Counted from the first letter of the stretch, positions 1-12,150 are shown. The stretch is DNA of 60,465 bases from Octopus bimaculoides (GCF_001194135.2 NC_069005.1:5799553-5860017); one strand, 5' to 3'. Made by a program: numbers and translations. The notes: generated by a model from the sequence alone, not told the origin.

Positions 1-168
1 ATAAACCTATTTGTTAAATACTGTTAAATAAATAAATGTAAAAATATATGTTATTTTAGGCAAATATTTATGTATAAATTTCATAAGCGCTTATAAGGGG
101 GTCCCTAAGGTAAAGCCTGAAATATAAAGGGGTCCGCAAGTCAAAAAGTTTGAAAACCCCTGGGCTAA

Positions 169-763
169 GGCAGTGAGCTAACAGAATCGTTAGCATGCCA
201 GGCAAAGTGCTTAGCAGTATTTCGTCTGTCTTTATGTTCTGAGTTCAAATTCTGCCGGGGTCAACTTTGCTTTTTATCCTTTCGAGGTTGATTAAATAAG
301 TACCAGTTATACACTGGGTCGATGTAATAGACTTAATCCCTTCCCCCAAATTTGAGGCCTTGTGCTTCCAGTAGAAAGTATTATTATTATTATTATTAAT
401 GCTTACAGCCAGATTACACTGAAAGCACTGGTTCTTGTTTGATCACCAAACTTAAGCAATATTGAGCCTCGTTAGTGCTTAGACAGGTAACCGCTTGAGA
501 AAACTAAGTGCTGTGAGCTACTTGTTTGAGGCAGTGAGTTTGCAATATTTTATCAGTCTTTATGTTCTGAGTTCAAATTCCACTGAAGTCAACTTTGCCT
601 TACATCGTTTCGGGGTTGATGAATTAAGTACCACTGAAACACTGGGGTCGATCTAATTGACTAGTCTCCCTCCCCAAAATTTCAGGCCTTGTGCCTTAGT
701 AGAAAAGATTATTTCAGGTGACGAGCTGGCAGAACCGTTAGCATACTGGGTAAAATGCTTCGT
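169..763 (+). mobile_element. Head-to-tail copies of SINE family A (gagctggcagaatcgttagc...ctgagttcaaattc...ggggtcgat...gtagaaaag-(TTA)n)
   Basis: Same roughly 210-bp unit recurs at about 3581-4095, 8403-8640, 22735-22900 (-), 23195-23395 (-), 47000-47110 (-), 48800-49015 (-) and 56665-57075; B-box-like GAGTTCAAAT and (TTA)n tail. Confidence 0.8.
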
Positions 764-2182
764 NNNNNNNNNNNNNNNNNNNNNNNNNNNNNNNNNNNNN
801 NNNNNNNNNNNNNNNNNNNNNNNNNNNNNNNNNNNNNNNNNNNNNNNNNNNNNNNNNNNNNNNNNNNNNNNNNNNNNNNNNNNNNNNNNNNNNNNNNNNN
901 NNNNNNNNNNNNNNNNNNNNNNNNNNNNNNNNNNNNNNNNNNNNNNNNNNNNNNNNNNNNNNNNNNNNNNNNNNNNNNNNNNNNNNNNNNNNNNNNNNNN
1001 NNNNNNNNNNNNNNNNNNNNNNNNNNNNNNNNNNNNNNNNNNNNNNNNNNNNNNNNNNNNNNNNNNNNNNNNNNNNNNNNNNNNNNNNNNNNNNNNNNNN
1101 NNNNNNNNNNNNNNNNNNNNNNNNNNNNNNNNNNNNNNNNNNNNNNNNNNNNNNNNNNNNNNNNNNNNNNNNNNNNNNNNNNNNNNNNNNNNNNNNNNNN
1201 NNNNNNNNNNNNNNNNNNNNNNNNNNNNNNNNNNNNNNNNNNNNNNNNNNNNNNNNNNNNNNNNNNNNNNNNNNNNNNNNNNNNNNNNNNNNNNNNNNNN
1301 NNNNNNNNNNNNNNNNNNNNNNNNNNNNNNNNNNNNNNNNNNNNNNNNNNNNNNNNNNNNNNNNNNNNNNNNNNNNNNNNNNNNNNNNNNNNNNNNNNNN
1401 NNNNNNNNNNNNNNNNNNNNNNNNNNNNNNNNNNNNNNNNNNNNNNNNNNNNNNNNNNNNNNNNNNNNNNNNNNNNNNNNNNNNNNNNNNNNNNNNNNNN
1501 NNNNNNNNNNNNNNNAGTGTTTAGATTACTCTGTCAAATGTAATGCTTATTAATTCACATCATTTTAAATTAATCATGCATTATTTCATAGCTGGGAGAT
1601 TTTGATGATGTATTTGTTTATTTTTAAAATGGCTCTGTTGGGTAGGTGTGAAAGGCCAAATATGACCAGTTTGAAGATAAAACAGGTAGAATATTTTGGC
1701 CATGGATATGTCTGGTTTAAGTGCTAAAGGGTTAACGAGAGTCTCTCAGTCTGAGAAAGACAGTTCTGCACTTTCTTGCTGAATGACCTGCACAGGTGAT
1801 TAATTAGTTTATAGTGATCAAATGTTTTGTGCTGCTCATAAACTCACTTCCCCCCATCAAATCAACATTACCTGTCTGTTTGGGTAGTCATTACTGGAGA
1901 GGATTTTAAAAGGTCGGAATGCAAATCCTACCTCATCTTCTTTTTTTAGTTGTGTTTTATAACATGCAGAGGAAGTGTTGGGTCTACTCTTTGGCCTACA
2001 GGTCCCCACAGAGCACTAGAGCAGTGTGAAATGAAGTGTCCTGCCCTGGGATTGAACCCACAGTCTGGTGATCATGAATGCAACACGCTAACCACTAGGC
2101 CACACACCTTGTCTGCTTGATAATTGCTCTTTCAACTTCCTAGGTTCCCTGTTTTCCTAAACTGTTACTCTTGCCCTTTCAG

Positions 2183-2329
2183 CTATTGCAAGGAAGTACG
2201 ACTTGGGTGAATTCTCCGAGATGAACAAACTACATATCCCAGATCCCCACATGAACAGGGAGGCTACAAAATTGAAGAGTAAACATCTCAAGAAACTCTG
2301 GAAACAAGCTCATTATTCGGGTTTCACTG
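2183..2329 (+). CDS. LRPAP1: LRPAP1 coding exon
   Basis: ctttcag|CT ATT GCA AGG...GGT TTC ACT G|gtgagt; IARKYDLGEFSEMNKLHIPDPHMNREATKLKSKHLKKLWKQAHYSGFT. Confidence 0.88.
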
Positions 2330-5300
2330 GTGAGTCAAGGGATTCTCAACGTTCTTTTCATTATTATTTTATGTTTGGTTTTCCAAGTCTCACCCAGAGA
2401 CCTCAAGAGACAACAAGTTAGAAGTTCAAGTTGGTGTTATGACTCGGGTGCCATATGTTTGGTTTTGCACAGAGTGATGTTCCAAAGAATGTCTGTGAAA
2501 ACACAAAAAAATTAGAAGTTTGTCTTAAAAGTAATTTGGTGATAAGACGATAGTGTGATCCTAAGATGACACTGAGATTGACTGCCCACCCCCTGGTGGT
2601 GGTGGTGGTGGTCATGGTGAATTTTTATGTCCTGGATTGAAATTTTGCTAAAGCCAACTTCACCCTATGTCATCTTTCTGGGGTTTGAAGAAATGAATTC
2701 CAATTAATTACTTGGAATTGATTTANNNNNNNNNNNNNNNNNNNNNNNNNNNNNNNNNNNNNNNNNNNNNNNNNNNNNNNNNNNNNNNNNNNNNNNNNNN
2801 NNNNNNNNNNNNNNNNNNNNNNNNNNNNNNNNNNNNNNNNNNNNNNNNNNNNNNNNNNNNNNNNNNNNNNNNNNNNNNNNNNNNNNNNNNNNNNNNNNNN
2901 NNNNNNNNNNNNNNNNNNNNNNNNNNNNNNNNNNNNNNNNNNNNNNNNNNNNNNNNNNNNNNNNNNNNNNNNNNNNNNNNNNNNNNNNNNNNNNNNNNNN
3001 NNNNNNNNNNNNNNNNNNNNNNNNNNNNNNNNNNNNNNNNNNNNNNNNNNNNNNNNNNNNNNNNNNNNNNNNNNNNNNNNNNNNNNNNNNNNNNNNNNNN
3101 NNNNNNNNNNNNNNNNNNNNNNNNNNNNNNNNNNNNNNNNNNNNNNNNNNNNNNNNNNNNNNNNNNNNNNNNNNNNNNNNNNNNNNNNNNNNNNNNNNNN
3201 NNNNNNNNNNNNNNNNNNNNNNNNNNNNNNNNNNNNNNNNNNNNNNNNNNNNNNNNNNNNNNNNNNNNNNNNNNNNNNNNNNNNNNNNNNNNNNNNNNNN
3301 NNNNNNNNNNNNNNNNNNNNNNNNNNNNNNNNNNNNNNNNNNNNNNNNNNNNNNNNNNNNNNNNNNNNNNNNNNNNNNNNNNNNNNNNNNNNNNNNNNNN
3401 NNNNNNNNNNNNNNNNNNNNNNNNNNNNNNNNNNNNNNNNNNNNNNNNNNNNNNNNNNNNNNNNNNNNNNNNNNNNNNNNNNNNNNNNNNNNNNNNNNNN
3501 NNNNNNNNNNNNNNNNNNNNNNNNNNNNNNNNNNNNNNNNNNNNNNNNNNNNNNNNNNNNNNNNNNNNNNNNNNNNNNNNGCGTACTGGGGTCGATGTAA
3601 TCGACTTAATCCCTTTGTCTGTCCTTGTTTGTCCCCTCTATTTTTAGCCCCTTGTGGGTAATAAAGAAATAAGAATCGTTAGCACACAAGGCAAAATGCT
3701 TAGCAGTATTTCATCTGTCTTTATGTTCTGAGTTCAAATTCCACCAAGGTCGACTTTGCCTTTCATCCTTTGGGGGTCGATAAATTAAGGACCTGTTGAT
3801 CACTGGGGGTCGATCTAATCAACTGGCCCCTTCCCCCAAAATTTCAGGCCTTGTGCCTAGAGGAGAAAAGAATATTTTGCATCAATTAAGATGATAAGTC
3901 AGCAGAACCGCTACTACACTGGAAGAAGTGCTTAGGGGTGTTTCTTCTGACTTTATGTTCTGAGTTCAAATTCCACCAGGACTGACTTTGCCTTTCCTTC
4001 TTCCGGTGTCGAGAAAATAAGGACCAGTTGAACACTGAAGTCAGGGGGAAGGGGGTCAATATAATTGACTTAACCCCACCCCCAGAATTGCTGTGTTAAT
4101 GTTTCTGCCAGCTCACCGCCTTAATTGATGCGAAATATTGAGAAATGATTGGTAATGTACAGATGCATTGGTACCAGTAATTGGTGCATGGAAAGACTGA
4201 TGAGGGCCAAAGTGAAAAAGCATCTGAAAGCAATGTGAGATTAAAAAGAAAAGATCTTGTGAATTGCAGCTGGTGGTGTGATGGTGGTCGCAAGATGAGG
4301 GACCATTGTACAGATATGGACAAGAGCAAAGAATCCAAACTAATTCTTTCATGCATGACTTGGTGAGTGGTGAGGGTGGTGGAGGTGCTGCTGCTAGAAA
4401 CAGACATCAGATGGTAGTCATGTTGATCGATGAAGAGGGGAGAGCGAGCCTCTTTGAGATTAACAAGTTGTTATACCAGGAGAACTGGTTAGGGATAAGC
4501 ACAGAGGCCTCTAATCCAAAGAGATCAGAAGCTCAAAAGTATCTTTGACTTGATCAAGTTACCAAATGACACCCAGTTGTTTATAGTTGCAGAAAGTAAA
4601 ACAACATGAATATAATATGTATGGTGCCATATTTCCAAGAAATTTGTGGTCCCATACATCTAAGAGATCTGTGGTTCCATACTTCCAAGAGATGTTCCAT
4701 ATCTCCAGAAGAACTGTGATTCTACACCTCCAAGAGATGTGGTGCCATACCTCCAAGAGAACTATAGATCAGTATCTCCAAGAGATGTGTGGCTACATAA
4801 TTCCGAGAGATCTGTAGTTCCATACTTTCAAGAAATCTGTAGTTCCATACCTCAAAGAGATGTTCCATATCTCCAAGAGAACTCTGGTTCCATACTTCCA
4901 AGAGATATGTAGTTGTATACCTCCAAGAGATGTGTAACTACATACCTATCAATTTTGTCAATGCTGCCACCTTTCCGCTGTCTTTTGATAACTCGTTAAA
5001 TAACGATAAAAACTAACGATGGTAATGTTATTGTTGCAGATGAAGAGCTCAGTAAATTACAGGATGAATTTCTGAAACACCAACAGAAACTCGATGAATA
5101 TGAACAGATGAAGGAGAAACTTGCTGAATTAGAAAGTAAGTAATTAAATAATTCATTTGTTAGTTAAGTAGTTTGTTGATTTATCAATCAAATAATTTTA
5201 ATGGAGAAGGTAGTTCAGAAATGGAAATAAGCAATAAATAAAAAAAACAGCCCTGACTGTAGGTATTTCAGTTGTGACCCCCTTGGCCTTATTTATTTTG

Positions 5301-7816
5301 TTTTTCAGGCAGTGAACAACATTGAACTCTTGTCAGTTGGATGGGATTTGAGGGATATTTGCCTACTATTTCTAGAAGGTCAAGAAACTATGTAATGGCT
5401 CCCCTCATTGATTCACTATAACTAATGTATAGTTTACCTAGTTGTAATTATATTAATTTTTTTTTTAAGACAGTTGGTGTAATGTATAAGAGATTTGGCT
5501 GCTATTTCTAGGAGATTCAGTCACCTCATAAACCAGTCATGGGCAAACTACAGTTTGAAGGGTTTTCTGAATATCATGTCTTACAAAAAATTCACTTCGA
5601 ATTTTTTTTAGCAGTGTGAACCACCTGATGATCATTCATGTCTCATGTGACTCACTTCTTGAAAAAAGAAGGTTTATACCTGGTGTGGATGATTTTCTCG
5701 TTTGCTTGTTGTTTTTTTTTTTTCTTGAAAACTTTTATTGTTGTTTGTTTTGCAGAAGTTACTGATAACAATTTGGGCAGCGATGACGAATTGAGGCTAT
5801 TACATAAAGAATTCAAGGCCNNNNNNNNNNNNNNNNNNNNNNNNNNNNNNNNNNNNNNNNNNNNNNNNNNNNNNNNNNNNNNNNGATTTCCGAGTGTACC
5901 AGTTATATGCCATGGCTAAAAGGACAGCAATGTCTAAGCAGGAACTGGAAAATTTTAAGGTCCGTTTAAACATTCATCTTTATTTCCTTTCTTTTAAATT
6001 CGATTTCTTCCTTTTTTTTTTTTTTGCAATCACCTTTTGTCATCGTCATTGTTTTGGTGTCCACTTTTCCATGTTTGCATGGGTCACAGGTCAGACAGAG
6101 ATTGTTGAAGCAGGTTTTTCTATGGCAGGATACTCTTCCTGTCACCTACACTCACCTGTTTTTACATTTTATCTTTTATCTTTTATTTGTTTCAGTCATT
6201 GGACTGTGGCCATGTTGGGGCACCACCCTCAAGGGTTTATTACAGGGGTTCTCAACTATTTTTACCTATTTTATTTGTTTGTCATTTGACTGCGGCCATG
6301 CTGGAACACCGCCTTTAGTCGAACAAATCTTATTCTTTGTAACCCTAGTACTTATTCTATCGATCTCTTTTGCCAAACCACTAAGTTCGCCACCTTCTGT
6401 GATAGTTGTCAAAGAACGTCAGCATCATGCAAGAGGTGTCCTTTGTTTCAAATCTTCTCTGAAAACATGTCTGGTCACGTGGAATATTACTTTGCTTGGT
6501 GACAGGAAGGGCATCCAGCTGCAGATAATCTGCCTCAACAAATCCCTTCTGATCCATTCAAGCATAGAAAAGTGGACGTAAAGTAATGATGATGATGACG
6601 ATGGTGATTAAAATCTTGGCAGATGATTAATAATAATTTGTAAAATTAACCCTGTTGTTTTCTTTTTCATTTTTTTTCTTTTCTGTAGGAGGAATTAAAA
6701 TCTTTCCAGCAACGCATCACTAAACATGAGACTCTGAAAGAAATGGTGATGCAGTCGAAAGAGTATTTTGACAAACAAGTTGATGATGGCAATTATCCGA
6801 AGAAACACACAGATTTAGTAAACAAGGCAAACCATTATGAACATGTGGTAGGTTGTTTGGATAATGGAATGGGGCAGTGGAGCTAAATAAACTACACACA
6901 GTGTGTGTGGGGGCTGTTGCTTTTGTTTTTAACCCTAGATCAGGTATGGGCAACCTTTTCCACGAAGGCCAGTCAGGCGGTACTGGCAACGGCCACGCTC
7001 AAAATGGTGTATTTTATGTGCCACCCGCACAAGAGCCAGTCCAGGGGCACTGGCAACGATCTCGCTCGAAAATCCTACGATGGCCAGTCAGGAGGTACTG
7101 CTTATTTATTCGCATTGTTTTTGCGTTAATCATTCGTTATCTCATAGTTTTAAGATTTCAATGATGTGACTATTCTTAGAATGACATTATAGATTTAGTG
7201 TAAGAGGCTGAATTTGGACAGTCAAATTGACAAAAGAGATGAGAAAATAACAATTGGAGTGAACAAATATAGTAGTTAAGTGATAGGTCTGTTATTGTTA
7301 TTCTCCTGGACCTTTTTTTTTTTTTTTTATGATTCTGTCCATTAGTTCGCCTGCAATTGTTACCCTTGAGCTGTGTATGCAACTATTTATATTTTTGGGA
7401 GAATTTACGAAAAAACAACAACAGACAAGGACAGGTGGTGTAAACAACAAAAGGATGTATTAGTTTAACGCTCGGGAATACAGAAAGTCTTTAACGTTTC
7501 GAGCTACGCTCTTCAACAGAAAGAATACGGAGAAAACAAGGAGAAAAAAGATTGAATGTTTTGGTCAGCGATCAATCATGGCGACCATGATAAATTCATA
7601 TTTATATTTTTGCTCAGGAGCCCAGGTGAAGTGTAAAGTTAGACATAGGGGCCCATGTCTGAGATGGTTAACTTTCGATATAACATTGCTTATTGTTTGT
7701 TTATTCTTGGCTTAAATGTTAATTGGATTACGTGTTTTTAATTTCAGGTCAAGAAACATCACAATGAACTTTATCATCGAGTGGACAGCATGATATTTAA
7801 ACACACAGAACTTTAG
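2183..7816 (+). CDS. LRPAP1: Alpha-2-macroglobulin receptor-associated protein (RAP), 5'-partial gene; visible coding exons 2183-2329, 5040-5135, 5756-5959 (contains N gap), 6689-6847, 7748-7816
   Basis: Joined exons have GT-AG boundaries and matching phases. They read ...KHLKKLWKQAHYSGFTDEELSKLQDEFLKHQQKLDEY... DFRVYQLYAMAKRTAMSKQELENFKEELKSFQQRITKH... VKKHHNELYHRVDSMIFKHTEL*. This resembles RAP helical domains as I recall them (LWHKAKTSGKFSGEELDKLWREF; ELEAFREELKHF) and ends in a KDEL-like HTEL. Upstream exons are outside the window or in gaps. Confidence 0.9.
4620..4945 (+). repeat. Degenerate minisatellite, about 20-24 bp unit (ggttccatacctccaagagatgtgt-like)
   Basis: ccaagagat / ccatac cores recur about 13 times. 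Confidence 0.8.
5040..5135 (+). CDS. LRPAP1: LRPAP1 coding exon
   Basis: ttgcag|AT GAA GAG...TTA GAA A|gtaagt; (D)EELSKLQDEFLKHQQKLDEYEQMKEKLAELE. Confidence 0.9.
5756..5959 (+). CDS. LRPAP1: LRPAP1 coding exon interrupted by 64-N gap (5821-5884)
   Basis: tttgcag|AA GTT ACT...; after the gap DFRVYQLYAMAKRTAMSKQELENFK|gtccgt. Confidence 0.8.
6689..6847 (+). CDS. LRPAP1: LRPAP1 coding exon
   Basis: ttctgtag|GAG GAA TTA...CAT GTG|gtaggt; 159 nt, phase 0 at both ends; EELKSFQQRITKHETLKEMV... Confidence 0.9.
7488..7524 (-). ncRNA. Hammerhead-like motif (variant core CUGUUGA) in a second dispersed repeat family (about 7420-7550)
   Basis: Minus strand UCUUU-CUGUUGA-A-GAGC gua GCUC-GAAAC-GUU-AAAGA; related copies at about 9430-9540 (-), 13740-13830 (-) and 53865-53960 (+). 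Confidence 0.4.
7748..7816 (+). CDS. LRPAP1: LRPAP1 terminal coding exon
   Basis: atttcag|GTC AAG AAA...CAC ACA GAA CTT TAG; C-terminal HTEL ER-retrieval-like signal. Confidence 0.9.
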   Translation, partial: VKKHHNELYHRVDSMIFKHTEL

Positions 7817-8987
7817 AATTTCCACATTTTGGTTTGTTTTTGCCTTTTTCTTTTGTTTTTGTGTCTTTTCTTTTTTTTGTCTCTTTCTCAATCTTCTACC
7901 CATGCCATGGAGGACTCAGTAGCCTTCTGCTCCATGTGAAATCTCATTCACTTCTTTCTTTATAGAGACTGTTATCCGATAAAAGTCTGTGGAACCAAAG
8001 AAAACGCTGATATTCTGTGCACCATCAGTGACAGTAATATTATTCCGTAGCTGGAAGTTTATAAAAGAGATTCACAAGCTCAGTTGCTGCGAGGGGTCGA
8101 GAATCTAACATTTTGGCTCAGGAGAAAGTGAGGTTTTGATTTTAATTTTTCTGACTCTCAAACAAAGAGTAAGAGTCTGAAGTCATGAAATTCTTGACTC
8201 CTTGCACCAATTTAGGTTATTTTCTACAAACTGTTATACGTCCTTCTATTTCATAATTTTAAATCCTCCACTGAGGTCTACTTTGCCCTTTATCCATTTA
8301 GGGTCAATAAAATAAGGTATCAGTCGAGCACTGGGGTCAATGTAATTGACTAGCTTCCCCCTTCCTAATTTTATAAATGGTTATTATTATTATTATTATT
8401 ATGGTGGCGAGCTGGCAGAATTGTTAGCTTGCTGGACGAAATGCTTAGTGGTATGTCGCCCGTCACTGCGTTCTGAGTTCAAATTCGACCAAGGTTGACT
8501 TTACCTTTCATCCTTTCAGGGTCGATAAAATTAGTACCAGTTACACACTGGGTTGATGTAATCAACTCAACCCCTCCCTCAAAATTGCTGCCCTCGTGGC
8601 AAAATTTGAAACCATTATTATTATTATTATTATTATTACTATTTTATTTTTGTCTAAAGAATCTTGTTTATAATACAAAATTAGAGATTATTTGCAAAGT
8701 TCAATGTTAAGGAAGCGGGTTAGGGTTGGTGAGTGTGGTCGTAGCTTATCAATCTGCCAAATAGCAATCTCTGTCTGTCGCATTTAATATTCAAGCACCC
8801 AGGAGTATGACTGGATGGGTCTGTTTTTATATTGTTATTTTTAAAAGAAACACAAGAAAAATATTTGGAAAAAAAAAGACAAACAGAAAATGAGATTATT
8901 TAAAAAAATATTTGCAACAAGATTTTTTTGTGTTAACAGATTAAAAACTGGAATAAAAGAAATGTTGAACTAGAAATTTCTCTCTCT

Positions 8988-9029
<42 letters not shown>

Positions 9030-9097
9030 GCATGCACATACACACACATTTGTACACACACACACATCTATATATCATATCTATACACACACACACC

Positions 9098-9132
<35 letters not shown>

Positions 9133-9577
9133 CCACACATATATAGTTTTAGGGAAAATAACCAAGTTTCAAGAACTCATCGATGAAAATCCACTATCAC
9201 ATATAGAAAAATTAACAATTAAAAACACAATAAATGAGTATAATATAAAACAAATTAAATATCATAAGATAAAGATAATAAAATCTGTAATTTTGGATTT
9301 TGTCCCTAATATTATTATATGTATCTATCTGTCTGTCTGCCTGCCTGCTTGCCTATCTATCTATCTATCTATCTACATACATACTTATATATATAGTTGA
9401 AATTTACAGAAAAACAAAAGATGATGACAGGTGTACAAACAACAAGCAGGTGTATTAGTTTGACGCCCAGGAAAGTGGGAAAGTCTTTTACATTTCGAGC
9501 CAAAGCTCTTCAACAGAAAGGAACACAGAAATAAACAGAGAGAATTAAAAAACACTTGTGGATTTAGCAATCAATAA

Positions 9578-9608
<31 letters not shown>

Positions 9609-10242
9609 TATATACATACATACAAATATAAAAGCTATTAGTGACAATAAGTATTGGGTTTACAAAGAATAAGTCCTGGAGTCGATTTGTTTGACTAAAG
9701 GCAGTGCTCCAGCATGGCCGCAGTCAAATGACTGAAACAAATAAAATAATAGAATATATACACACATACACACACGTGTGTGTGTCTGTCTCCTTTATAG
9801 ATTTATATATATTCAGGGAAAGTTTATTTTTATTTGCTTTGTCTTTCTTTTAGCTTTTTGTTAATGATGTTTCGCAGTTGTAAATGGCAGTCGGTGACTG
9901 GGTAGTGGGTATCTCTGAATTCAGTGAATAAATGAACCGAATGCTTTATTTTGATAAATAAACGGAATAATTGTATCACTTTTAAATCCTAAGAGTTCTT
10001 GTCTCATTTTTTTTTGTATATTGTTTCCTGCTTGATGAGGGTCATGTGACCTACTACACACACACATATAAGAAGGATAAGCATCAATGCATTTGGGGTA
10101 AGAGGGGGCATACTGCTTTCTCCTGGCATGCATTTTTTTGTGACCAGTGCATGGTATACTACCCACCTATTCGAGTTATATTGTAAGGAGTTAATGACTT
10201 GTAGGGACACTGTACATTGTTATGCAATCATAATATACAGAG

Positions 10243-10641
10243 ACCCTTTTTGGTCATGACTGACCATGGGATTGCACCCAGAAAGTTACCCTCCGAGGGC
10301 ACAAGTCCGGGCAAGGTTGTTTATGGAAGACCAGCAGTCACCCATGCATACCAGCCTCCTCATCTCCACACCACTGATGTTATCCAANNNNNNNNNNAGT
10401 CACCCATGCATACCAGCCTCCTCATCTCCACACCACTGATGTTATCCAAGGGAAAGGCAAAGGGGCCGATACAGCTTGGCACCAGTGACGTCGCAACTCT
10501 TTTCTAAGCTGAGTGAACTGGAGCAACGTGAAATAAAGTGTCTTGCTCAAGAACACAACATGCAGCCTGCTCTGGGAACCGAACTCGCAACCTCACGATC
10601 GTAAGCTCGACACGCTCTAACCACTGAGCCATGCATCTTCA
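10243..10641 (-). mobile_element. tRNA-headed SINE family D
   Basis: Minus strand starts ...catggctcagtggttagagcgtgtcgagcttacgatcgtgaggttgcgagttcggttccc (tRNA-like head); copies at about 23420-23690 and 38565-38822. Confidence 0.8.
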
Positions 10642-10940
10642 TAATATACCACAAAGTATATTAAACACTTTTATAACTCAACACTGTGTTCTTCTGTGTT
10701 AGCAGTGTTATTACATCTTAGCAGTGTTATTACTTGTTAGGGATATCTCTGCAGATTTTCTATAGTAAATCTGTGGAGATAACCTTAACGAGTGATAAAA
10801 GCAGGAGAGATTGGAATAAGTTCCTCAAGACCTACTCCAATGAAAACAAACATTCTTTGTCCATGTTTCCAAGTAACAACAATTCTTTGTTTAAGGTGAT
10901 GAATTAACAGAATCAAGAGAACATTGTGAAAAATCCTCTA

Positions 10941-11439
10941 CAGCCATGATCCCCAAACATTTTTGCACCAGTTTCATGAAAGACAATTTTTTTTTTTTCA
11001 GACTGGAACATCACACTCAATAACAATACAATACAATGCCTGTGGGCAATTATGGAGTGAATTTTTAGGGGTTATAAATCACACCATCATCATGGTGGTG
11101 ATGGTGTAGATTTATAAGCCTTACAACAACAACAACGAAAAATACCTTAGGAATGAGAACCCAGGTTCGAAATTTCCCCAAGACACCTGATGAAGGCTGG
11201 AGGGTATATCAGCCGAAACGTTGTGTTAACAACAAACAAGATGCAGACAAATATCCGTCAAATGTAAATAATGAACCTTATTTCATTATTACAATTCAAT
11301 TACATATATAATGCAAAATTACCCTTGCAGATTGTGACAGTCAATAAAAGAGAAATAAGAATCATTCCTTCTGTGCTGCCCGGTACCAAATGATCCATGG
11401 ACTGTTACTGGTCTGCAGCCTGGTGACTGGGGACCCCTG
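10941..11439. mobile_element. hAT/MER1-like MITE with a nested short hammerhead-bearing repeat
   Basis: Ends cagccatgatccccaaacatttttgcaccagtttcatgaaagacaatttt ... ggtctgcagcctggtgactggggacccctg resemble Charlie/MER1-type termini (from memory). Confidence 0.5.
11182..11227 (+). ncRNA. Minimal type I hammerhead-ribozyme-like motif within a short dispersed repeat (about 11143-11272)
   Basis: GACAC-CUGAUGA-A-GGCUG[loop]CAGCC-GAAAC-GUU-GUGUU: full core, 5-bp stem II, 5-bp stem I and ACGU palindrome in place of stem III. Related copies at about 49052-49135 (+), 26415-26470 (-, truncated) and 23697-23740 (3' part). Confidence 0.6.
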
Positions 11440-12150
11440 CCTTACTGCATTTGTTCCAGCTCTGTATTTCTGAGTTCAAGTCCTGCTCGGGACAACTTTG
11501 CTTCCTATCCTTTCAGGGTTGATAAAATAAACCTTTTCCAATGTTTAGTCAGAAGGAATGGCAGCACCTTTGACTTTTTTTTTTTCAGTATCTCTGAGAA
11601 TGGAGAAAGGAATAGAGAAAATTGTCTTCAGCCTGAAGACGAAATCCTTTCAACTGCTAAAGGTAACGAAGGACCAAGTGGTGGTGATGATGGTGATGAT
11701 GGTTGTGGTGATGATGATGGTGTTTTAAATTAAGCAGCAGACTGAGTCTATGATTCCAAAAACAGAAATGGTGCTGGTGCCAGGCTTTTGTCTACCAAAT
11801 TATACTCTCAAAGATTTCGTCTACTTGAGGTTATGGTAGAGAAGACTCGCCCAAGATGCTGCACTGCGGGATCAAACCTCAAGCCATATTACGGCTGTAA
11901 AGTAAACTGCTTAACTACACGGCCAATGGCTTGTTTGATTAGGGTTCACCTGGGGTAAACAACAACAACAACAGCAGCAACAATTTTATGCATTTGTAAT
12001 TGAAATACAAAGAAAACAACTGAAAAACACGAAGATAAGTTTTATTATAACATTTAGTTGGGTAGACTATGTACAATAAACAGGGTGGAAAACAGGAATT
12101 TTGAAGAGGGGAAAACTTCCTTATTTTTTCTCTTCTTCTTCTTCAGATCT

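Noticed and set aside
657-1553. Long ORFs in the supplied track spanning N-runs (also 2712-3647, 29055-30233, 39050-40204, 43212-44207, 47208-47875, 59098-60213 and others)
   Set aside because: They are open only because X codons contain no stops. The one real piece is SSR3 exon 2 at the end of 39050-40090.
7757-7771. Internal HNEL 14 residues before the LRPAP1 stop
   Set aside because: Identical to the vertebrate RAP terminal signal but not C-terminal. The functional candidate is the terminal HTEL, so this is probably coincidence.
10336-10449. Exact 52-bp direct repeat on either side of a 10-N gap
   Set aside because: Typical unmerged contig overlap (assembly artefact), not a biological duplication.
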